A stretch of DNA of 64,000 bases from Haliotis rufescens (lineage: Eukaryota). Below the pieces are notes generated by a model. That model did no database searches and was not told where the DNA came from. It was given only the letters and a program-made list of their open reading frames with translations. Shown in pieces: positions 48,965-59,123 of this stretch. Positions within the stretch are counted from its first letter, which is position 1; each line of letters begins with the position of its first letter. The stretch lies in assembly GCF_023055435.1 (NCBI RefSeq), contig NW_025964371.1:310001-374000 (forward strand), read 5' to 3'. A program made the position numbers and the translations under genes.

Positions 48965-50888
48965 CTACTACTCACTCATATAGAGAGCACAGAGTAAATG
49001 CAACGTGCAAAGTGAGTCGTACTGCAATAGCTTGGAGATTGGTATTAAGAGACACAATACTGTGAATCACATCATGTCGCACCAGGATGGAAGATCCTTC
49101 GGTGGCTTTAACACCCTTAGGAGAATATGAATGATATAAACTATACTGACGGACGTAAAATGTATTGATTGTTTTAGATATGTCTCCTGAAGACAAATTT
49201 CTGATGGTTTAAAATCTTGTACCAATAATTGAATTTCAGTAAGATTGATCCATAGACCCCTGCAATTCCAATGAATTAGGTAGTCAGCATAATACATGTT
49301 ATAGGAAGTGGAAGTACAGGGGATTTCCCTGTCCGAGGTGTCTGTTGTGCGCACAGGGATGAGGGGAAACATCCATGTCTTCCAGTAACTGGAATTTATT
49401 GTATAGCTGCACAGGGTCACGTAAACCCTTGGGGACTCGATCAGATTGTTTCAAGTAATCAACTTTCTGACAGGCATTTACTGTCTCTGTACTTACTCAG
49501 GTGATATCGTTCTGACATGTAACAGATTTTACTGATTTGGTTAAAGGGCAAGAAACAACTGCAGAGTATGACATACCGGCTGTTGGATGGGAGGTTGCTT
49601 TTACTACAAGTTTTGCTTCATGATATGTTATAGTGCGTTGAAGTTTGAGTTTGGCAATCTCATAATCATGCTTCCAGATGGGACGTCGTTGTACACATAT
49701 GCTCTCCAAACCAATTGACACATTTTAGAGATGTCATGCAATCCGTACCGTCGTGGGCAGCTGCACCACATCGAAAGCATGTCGTATGATTTCTACAAGA
49801 CTGGGCACCATGGCCAAACGTTTTGAAACAGTGATGTGGATTAGGAATATATTGTTCCACTTCGATATCGAGCTTTGATTGATTAAGGGTGTTGGGGCTG
49901 TGGAAAAGAAAGTAAGTCGGTATTTGTTTTTACAGTTTCACCATTTCTCTTTGATGTAAAACGTTTGACTTTCGTTACACTCATATCAGAGAGCCAATGG
50001 TCCCTGTATCTAATGATGCCTTCACTACTGTTCAGAGACTTGTGTGGTGAAACCGAAACTTTGGTATTGACGAGTTGTTTTGTGGCTAATAGCATATTGC
50101 AAATTGCTTTGCTGTTTTACACTCTATGAGAAGTAAGCCAGACAAAATATTCTTAACAGTTTGCACATCACCATTGATATCATAAATTGCATTTAATGTT
50201 GTAAACGGGTTCAGTTTTAGTGGTTCACCATCAGTGATGCCACCAAAAATCTACTCAAACAATGAGAAAATCTGTTTGATGTATTGTCTTCATTAGAGGA
50301 CAAACATTCATGCAATGCTCCTTTGTGTTTTTTTGGTTGAGCCATGGTTAATAATAGAAGGTTCACCATCTCAGCTCCTCACCGCCCACAGAGTATCATA
50401 AAGACAATGCCAAATACCAGTGGATCTTCAGCTGGTAGCACCAAGGATACTGAGATGGTACACTCAAGCAGACTAATTAAAAATTAATCAATCCACCAGA
50501 TTGGACACAGGACTGTAGGCAATGCAAATGATACATGTAGTTCAAAATCAAATGGTGTTTTATAAACAATTTTAGCCAAGACCTAAAATGTATAGACAAG
50601 TAAAAATTACAATTTGTGCAAATACAATCAATGCACAGGGCTTGGCATGACCAGCTGATTGATAGAACTGGGCCCATGTTACCACCCGTCTAGGCAAAGT
50701 AAAGGTCAAAGTAGTGTGTTGGGCAAAGGAACGATGTTCCTGGAACCAGTGCCCTCAACTACCAGACTCCCTTCCTCCAACGAAACAGGGACGCAACCAA
50801 GGGCAAACAAGTTGCCCAATTTAGTCGCCTCGTACGACAAGCAATGGGGTGCTGAGGACATATTCTACCCCGGGTCATCATGGGGGAA
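48965..50888 (-). mobile_element. I/Nimb-type LINE 5' portion (5'UTR, ORF1, start of endonuclease)
   Basis: VSVSPHKSLNSSEGII, EQYIPNPHHCFKTFGH..C..C..H, LIHWNCRGL...ICLQETYLK, LNTNLQAIAVRL. TSD-like ATACCCAG(G/C)ACT near 48952 and 50901. Confidence 0.85.
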
Positions 50889-50914
50889 GAGCGATTAGCA
50901 ATACCCAGCACTCA

Positions 50915-51300
50915 CCACGTTGAGGTTGCTCTTCATGAGTGTCTGATCATCAAGAGCTAGTAGCAGTTCTTCACACTTAGTCTGTTTCTGTGTTATGTAA
51001 CAATTGGCTTCACTCTTGAGAACACTCTTCCACTGTAGACATGGATGATAGAAGCAAAGACATTCAGCAGCTTAACAATTCATTGATACAAGTTACCCAG
51101 TTGTTTGAGGCTTGTCAATGTTTTGAGCATGGCTGAATGTGAGCAGGCATCAGCATCCTCAGAGAGGAGATCCTTTTTGGAATCAAATGTCAATTTGTGG
51201 CCTGCATTTTCCTTTGAAAACTATCTCAACTATTTTCGGACACTGTAGGGGTTTCGGGATCAGTTGCCGAACAAATCTGGTCTTCAAATGAAACTGCTTC
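50915..51300 (-). mobile_element. hAT transposase relic (C-terminal dimerisation domain)
   Basis: The - strand reads LYQ*IVKLLNV...RVFSRVKPIVT*HRNRLSVKN..ALMI, like the hAT ERxFSxxKxIxTxxRNRL motif. Confidence 0.55.
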
Positions 51301-54300
51301 TCAAAAAGGAACTTTTTATGGAAAGCTTTTGAATAAAGCAGCATGAGCCAAAAGATAATTTAGGAAAAAAATGTTACACTTGTGGACATTTCTGCTCTTG
51401 TAACCTATTTGAAAACGGACAAAAGGCAAATGTAAGAAAAGTCAGAGCAGGCCTCAAAAAGGGCAGGGCGCTGCGCGTGCTAAACACCCCTAGGCAAACA
51501 GTATGTTTATAAAAGACGGTGAAATTGAATCTAAGAACATGCCACTGTGGCATTCCAAAACCGATGTGGTTGCAGTCAAGTCGTCATCCTTCAAATGATG
51601 TGGCAGGGTCAGGCTTCTCGTTGTCCGAGATGGAGTTTCGTTAAAAGTAATATACTGACGTCACACATATAGCGCGAGGTCAGTGATCTATAAAATAGTG
51701 GTTTTGGTATAATATTATATTATGCTAGATAACATTTATACACATAGTATTATTCTTTTCACACGGTCTTACGTGCTGTATTAGTGCAATTATTAAGTCT
51801 GTAATAGCGATTAGCACAATGTTTACATTATACGTGATCGATTGTTGCATGACATCACATGTAAAAGCCCGCGAATAGGTTTCAGTGATGCTAATATCAT
51901 TGAATGCTTATATAATGGAAAGAAAACACAGGCATTCAATAACTTGAGCAACAAGTCATGAGCGAATAATCATGAACATAACCTGTATGATCCACCTAAC
52001 ACAGAAGAAGCACGAAATTCGGAATCCTTGGCAAGATTGTAGGAACTGTGTCAGCAGGAGGATGAATGGAAGTGTGATTACAGTCGGCAAACATACCACG
52101 CTGACAGGTGACAATTGAATGTACAACAATAATGTACAACAACTACTTATATCTACACAGTGGAGAAGCAGCCTTGATATGGATCAACGTTGAAATCGAG
52201 GCGACACTGACAAGACTTTAGAAACCTGTTGTGCATGCCAAGGTCAACAATGCAGCCAGCCTGCCTATCCGTTGTGGACGATCCTTTGGAGGACCAGGGC
52301 CTTGAGTATGTGCAGGAGTACCACGGGTTTTCGTAACCAAATCCCAAGCTCATTTATGTTAACATGTACTGAAACCTGACGTTGAGTATCACCCTTCGAG
52401 AGCATCCCAATGTTTCTGGCACGATTTTCAAAACTGCGTCTCATAGTTATCTGCTACTGTTAATTATTTTTGAAATATGTGTCCACAGGTTGCGACAATT
52501 CTGATCAGTGTTTACCTGTTTCTTTATAATTTATCCTTCTTCATATATTTGTTTCCATTGTTTCCAAAATGTCAAACATGTTAATCATCATTTGGTGTCG
52601 GACGACTTAAGGCTTGGTTATTTTCAGTTTTTGTTTTCGAAAAAGGACGGCTTCAGCGTTCCATGCACATCCATATGGGTTCAAAATTATAATCTTCGAA
52701 ATTTAGCTACAAAGTCTATCCAACCGTTTAATGTTAACTTATATAATTCCATCAACGCTGCCAGCTTTGTCCCAGAGAGTGTTTACCAGACGCTGGTTGG
52801 CTGTAAAAGGGCGGACTGATGAGGCTGAGAAGGTCGTGGATCAGATGAGTCGATACAACAAAAGACAGAAGCCCACCAACACACTGCAGCTGCTGAAACA
52901 AGTGGCAGAAGAGGAGCAGAAACTGAGGGCATCTGGCAGCAAGTACACGTACCTTGACATCTACAGGGGCTGGAGCATCTGCTGGAAGTCTCTCGTCATA
53001 CAGTACATCTGGTGAGTACAGATGTTGATCGGATACGGGAGGGGTTGGATACTATTCTGTTTACCTTGGGATATTGGACACGTTGATTATGTTGAAATGG
53101 AGCCAAAATTTCCAAATACTTGTCGTGGTGTGGCATAATTTTGTTCGAAGCAGTTCTATGATAGGCCAGTTTCCTTATATGAGATTGATCTTTCAAAGAC
53201 ACATAGTCGAAAAACTTACATGCCACATCTTCAACATAAGCATCATGATTTTTACAGAACACTTCTCACTTAAATGTAGGTTCAACAGCTACCGTGTTCT
53301 GCATACACATGCGAGAACGTTCTCAAACCACCATTAGTTGGCTAGAGGGACAGAGACAAAAGAAACCTTGTCGTGATAATAAGAATTATATAGCATGCAA
53401 ATTCATTTTTAATAGCATGTTTTAATGTTGCATATGAAATAAAGTTGTAAGTATTTCATTTACGTTTGGGTGTTTGCAGTGTGTGTGCCGTACAATCCTT
53501 TCCTACTTGCCTTACTCGGATTCTAAGATGAGGGCAAGTGTCCTCTGACATGAAGAAAATGTGTTGCTTTGTCGGTTAGGTTTTATTAAACGAAATACTA
53601 AATATTTTGTCCTGCAGGATCAGTATGTCGCTGGTGTACTTTGGGATATCTTTCGGTGCAGGGAGACTCGCCGGCAACCTGTACCTGAACATCTTCCTTC
53701 TGGCAGTGGTGGAGATCCCAGCTTGCATTTTGACGTTCTTCATGAACAACAAGTAAGGGGCATCTATCACAAAGAATTGATGAATGTAATATGTTAAAAA
53801 TAATGGGGGGTGCAGGTTCAGGGCCTCCAAGACTGCTGAGGCCCACAGTTTGCCGTGAAGATTTATTCTCTGCCAGAATCAGTGGATCTGATTTTTGCTC
53901 TGATTATAGTGTTGAGTTGTCTGCACCATACCGATGCCATTGGGTTTCACCAAAGTTGTAAACATCTGGGTCATGCATCACATTTGGCTTTTCCCACATT
54001 TAGCAGGCTCACCATGGTATTTCTGAAACACCGTTCACAACAATGTTCGATGAACTTACTCAACCACGAAGTAAACCTTTAAATAAAAGCTGTATTATTT
54101 CATGTATCTCATCACACGACCATCCTTCATTAACATTTTGCTAAAAAGTGTTTTAAAAGTACCATTGAAGCTGTATAATGCTACTTTGCAAAACAATCTT
54201 CGAAGTTTCCGTTTGAAGTTTTTACTCTCTTAACACCATACACAGCACCCGTAGAAATATGAAGTAATGCCTCTTTGGAAAGTTTAAAATAATACAGACA

Positions 54301-56289
54301 AATTGACTTACTGTGAGAAGACATCGCCCTATGATGTATAACGATATCCATGGACATAGGTTATTTTTGCATAGACCATGATTTATAATCGTGGTACCGG
54401 ACAGTTTTTGATCATCCCTTTGTCTTCATTGATATCTTCTTCGTATATATTTATCGACTTGGCAGAAGATGGACGGCTTTCATTTTCTTTGCTGCATCCA
54501 CTGTTGGTTCCTTTGGTGTTTGCATCGTCGCTAGAAAAGGTGTGTAACCCAACCTATTACTCCGTTAGCACACCCTTCAGCGTAAAAATCTAACTCCATC
54601 GAAGTTCGCATCAGCTGAACATTCAGCTAACTTTGAAGGCCCAAACTAAAGGATGGATGAGTTGGTTCTGAAGTAAATCATATCTCAGCTTACTAAGACA
54701 AATCACAGTGAACTCTTTAAACCCAGCATAATGGTATTTTAAACTCAACTGTAGCTCACAATTTGATCAAGTTAAGTGTATGCATGATCACAGACCAACG
54801 TCCTTGTCGATGACATACTGTAAAATTGGAGCGAGTCCACGTGTTGTAGTCGCAAAAGATGACCAAGGGATCATCATCAACGTCTTAGCAATGGTGACCA
54901 AACTCAGTGTTGGTGCAGCTTGGTATGTTATGCAGTTGTTGTCAAGTGAGACGTACCCGACAGTCACAAGGTAAATTGAATTATGGGATCTCCCACCAAC
55001 GTTTCAAGTTAGAGTACATTACGGTGGCTTATCGAAAAATGTATCGATGTAGTGATGGGAAATATTCCCTTCCACCACAACAAAAAAACATTATGCATGT
55101 CATCGTATCAAAATTGCGTGGATCGATACTCATAATATCCATCCTTGGATTGTCTGGTCCAGATTCGATTATTTACCGACCGACGTCATACAGCTGAAAT
55201 ATTGTTGCGTTAAACAACAAACAAACAAACAAACTCATATAGTATTGTACATTCTGCCGGCCTTTCCCAAAGTTAATTTCAGGTCATGATAGGTAAGGAC
55301 TGGGCGTATCCCCACCTTACAATCCTACAACTGCAAGAAGCAAATATCATTTATTAGCTTGGTACATAGTTGTTTTTACATTTTTGTTTTATCTATTTTT
55401 TTTAGAAATTTGGGCTGTGGTGCCGCTAATACTGCAGCTCGCATTGGCGGAATACTTGCTCCATACATCTTTGCAACGGTAGGTTCATTGTGGTGGGATT
55501 CATACTTTGGTAGGTTGGCATTCGATGAGACGAGATTGTGAGGCAAACTTGACATGAGAAAGTGTAATGTTGATCTTTGTTCTGATGAACATACTTATTA
55601 GGCACGGGCAACGCATTGACCCACACAAGAAACATGCAAACCTGCATTGTCGATGTAAAATGACAGTATACACCGGGATCCCTTTTAAATAAAACAGGAT
55701 ATTTCATGTGTTGGGTGACACTTTTTGTGTTGTTGACTACCGGATTGTTTTTCATTATAAATGCAAATCCCTGAAACGTAAGTTCTCCCCACCAAACACG
55801 CAGGGACGTTTCACAAGCCCTTGTAATTACATGTGTCATGACCACACACACACACGATTTCTTGCGTGTCCTAATTATGAACTGAATTCAAATCAACTTT
55901 AATACAGCCATGTTTGAAAAGCAGTGCGTATGTGAACTGTTCATTGAAACCTCACTTGAGTATTATGTACAACGTTATGTCCACAGGGAGGAGATGGTGA
56001 TATCGTTGTGCCATTCGTCATTGTTGGAACGACCATGGCCGCCTGTGGAGTGTTATCCCTGATCCTGAAGGAGACGGGGGGTTAAACCCCTCGCCGACAC
56101 CATGGGGGACCAAGTAAACTCCTTTTTGGAATGTGAGGATGGTGGTGGCAGCAGCTGACGTGGAAAGGACGAAATTGTCAACACACTGGCACATATAAAC
56201 CGGCAAAGAGCTTATGGACAGACTTAAAGCTTATGGACAGACTCATAATAAACACATATATAATTTTCCTTATCCAGTGAGGGAGAGAG

Positions 56290-56545
56290 AGAGTGTTTGT
56301 TGTTCAATCTGCACTCCAGCAAAATTCCAGCTACAAGGAGGCAGTCTGAATTTTTTCTGGACCAGACCAATCCAGTGATTGACTTCATGAGCATCGATCC
56401 TCACAATAAGGATACGATGACATGCATCAACCAAGTCAGCGAGCCTGACCACCCGACCACGTTAGTCGCCTCTTACCACAAGCACAGCCGCCTTTACGGC
56501 AACCATCGATTAATGCAGACCTATTCTAACCTGGATATTTATTGG
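56290..56545 (-). mobile_element. Non-autonomous retroelement with LINE-like head (no tRNA head); related copies at 57889-58070 (+), 55095-55235 (+), 62020-62140 (+), about 31790-31910 (-) and about 42360-42470 (-)
   Basis: Head CCAGGTTAGAATAGGTC...GCTTGTGGTAAGAGGCGACTAAC matches the 5' end of the LINE at 50815-50886. Tail TAGCTGGAATTTTGCTG...AACAACAAAC. Confidence 0.7.
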
Positions 56546-58555
56546 TTTCCATATCAAGCAATGGCGAAGCAAAGGTTATAGCATATGTTCATCTGAAATA
56601 ATTGGTCTTTGATTCTTTGAACCTCGATGACTGAATATGACGAAATAAGAAATGTATTCTTATTTATTATTCTCCCATTACAAGGCTTACAGTTGTTTTT
56701 TTTCATGTTGTTATATTATGAGTCTTGTTTTCATGAAGATAAAAAGAAGAAAATGTTAATGTTAAATTACCTATTATCAGTAAGTCTTAACTTCTAATCC
56801 GATGAAATAAGAAAAGAATAAAGTTTGGAGGTAACTGTTGCAGTAAAACAACAATGTAACATAACAAGGGTATTAAAATGCAAATATCTGTAGAACTATT
56901 GAAATGATAATTTATTGTTTACATATATCCTATGTATTTATGTTTCACACACAATAAACTATTGTGCTTGTCAAATTCACATAGTTTCTGGTCATTCACA
57001 AATATGGGGAAATTAGATAACTCATTTAGTAACATTTTTGGTGTCATGATGTTAAATATCATGTTCAAAAGAAAAAATGTCCACTGAATAAGTTGTTTTT
57101 ATATATAATAAAAACACATGTGCTCACCATGTTCAGGAACAACAAAAAAGATGACATGAAATAATCATCATTTTACATATTAAATTATTCACCGTAAAAT
57201 TAGTTTTAAAGAGGAAAATTCGTTCAAAAATATTACAATCCTTTGATGGATGTGAGAAGAATTACCTTGCAGTAACCCCGATCAGTCCTGCTGACAGTTC
57301 CTTGTTTTTTGTTAACAATAGTTCACAATATTTAAGACAATATTTAATTCTCTCCTAATTGGGTTTATAACATTTGTTTCTAGCGGACAAATAAACGAAT
57401 AACGTATTTACATACACTAAACATGTGGGCCTATTTAGTGTTGCGCATTGAGAATGATAGTCACGGCGAGACAAATGCAAATAAAGTTATTGGCCGAGTA
57501 ATCCAAAACCATTAACAAATATCAATTCACATTACTCATTCTCAAAACGTTACTTCCATCAGCTTTTAATAGTTTACAAAAAAACAAACCCAAAAACATG
57601 AATGCTAACATGTGGCTTGCCTGTCACGGAAAACTCGTGTGGGTTGTCTTTTTACCTGTTTATGGTGCAGTTGTCTCACTGAGCATATTCGAAAACGAGG
57701 CTGGAGGAACTCCCGAGTGGTTTCTAAACACGGGAAATCTTCAACTACGAGCTCGACTTTTTATGGCGTATTGTTATGGGAGAAAAAGGATTAACCACTG
57801 TGTTCAGTTGTTACCGAAAAATCTACACACGAGTGATTAATCTGTCACGATTAGAACGAGGCTTTGCCAACATTTCACGTGTTTATAAACCCGTGGGGTA
57901 TTCCGGGTAAGAATATAGGTCTCCAACAATCTATTCTTATGGAAAGAGGTGACGAAATGGATCGGGTAGTCAGGCACGGTGACTTGATTTGTTTATTGTC
58001 ATTGTATTCCATTTGCTAGGAGCGATGCTCATGATGTCAGCCACTGGACCGGACTGTCGGGCCTGGAAATCGAGGAGCAAAAGAAACTGATCCCCTCAGT
58101 TTATTTAAACGTGAATTTGATTCTTAATTTAACATATCTAAAGTTTGCTATGTTGTATCCGAAACTAGAACTGTACTGTTGCTTAGTCAACACTCAAAGA
58201 ATACTTTCGCACGGTTTTATTTTTCCACATGATTTAACACCTTTATATTTAAAAAAGAACACAGTCGCATAATACACAACTGCTAATGGGTATCTTTTTT
58301 CTTTCACATTTGCGTTTTTTCGGCACACATTTACAACATTTCTCCCTGATATTACCGAACTAAAAATATATTTTAAGCCTATATCATACGCACAAATATG
58401 TCTCATACAACAAATATGAATAGGATCAATTCATGACCTTCTGGTCTTCATGCCACAACCTCTTTGCATAACCAGACTGTATTGACAAACGTGCCTGTCC
58501 AACTGTATTTCATATGTATCACAATAGATTAACTTCAAATACTCACATGGACAAG

Positions 58556-58839
58556 GGGGCACGGGTGGCCCAGTCGTCTAAGGCGCCGCGATTCGCTGTG
58601 CATGGTTGCGTCCCTTGGGCACGCCAGAAACCTATGATTGTGGGTTCGAATCCCGGTTCGCCCCGATTATGTTTCTAGTTTGTCAGCACCATACCCGTGC
58701 TCGTGGGTTTCACCGAAGGGGTAAACGTCTGAGACCTGCATCACTTTGGGCTTTCCTCCCACATTAAGCTGACACGCAGTGATATAACTGGAATACTGTT
58801 AAAAGCGACGTTAAACCCAACTCACTCACTCACTCACTC
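58556..58839 (+). mobile_element. tRNA-derived SINE, family C (best-preserved copy)
   Basis: A box TGGCCCAGTCGTCTAAGG, distant B box GGTTCGAATCCC, tail GATATAACTGGAATACTGTTAAAAGCGACGTTAAACCCA(ACTC)5. Confidence 0.88.
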
Positions 58840-59123
58840 AAGGTTCAACAAGCATGTGTACTAGGTGGCGATACTGTTCATATAAATCCACTGCTACTTG
58901 CCTATATTCAGGCTGAAATGTTCCTCACAGCACGTGGTAATTAGTCATACTTTCGCGTCCAAGGACAGGGTTTCGTACAACAATGATTTATGTGCATAAT
59001 TTCGAATTCAGCTATTCACGGTGAATTGACTGCAGTAAAAAGGCAAACACGCCAGTTTCAATCAATAACTTTTATATATAACAACAATGGAAACTAACAA
59101 ATATATCATATTTTGCAAGAGTC

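Larger units (their letters stand above)
47094..56180 (+). pseudogene. SLC22 transporter pseudogene, copy C
   Basis: Exons 47094-47355 (-17 nt, TGA at 47247), 47949-48372 (+2), 52765-53011 (+7), 53618-53752, 54457-54539 (acceptor AG>CG), 54850-54970, 55406-55478 and 55987 to about 56180 (frameshifted). Confidence 0.9.

Noticed and set aside
56600-57500. Possible minus-strand micro-exons (donor-like sites near 57127 and 57265)
   Set aside because: Could not assemble a consistent frame or recognise a protein in this AT-rich stretch.
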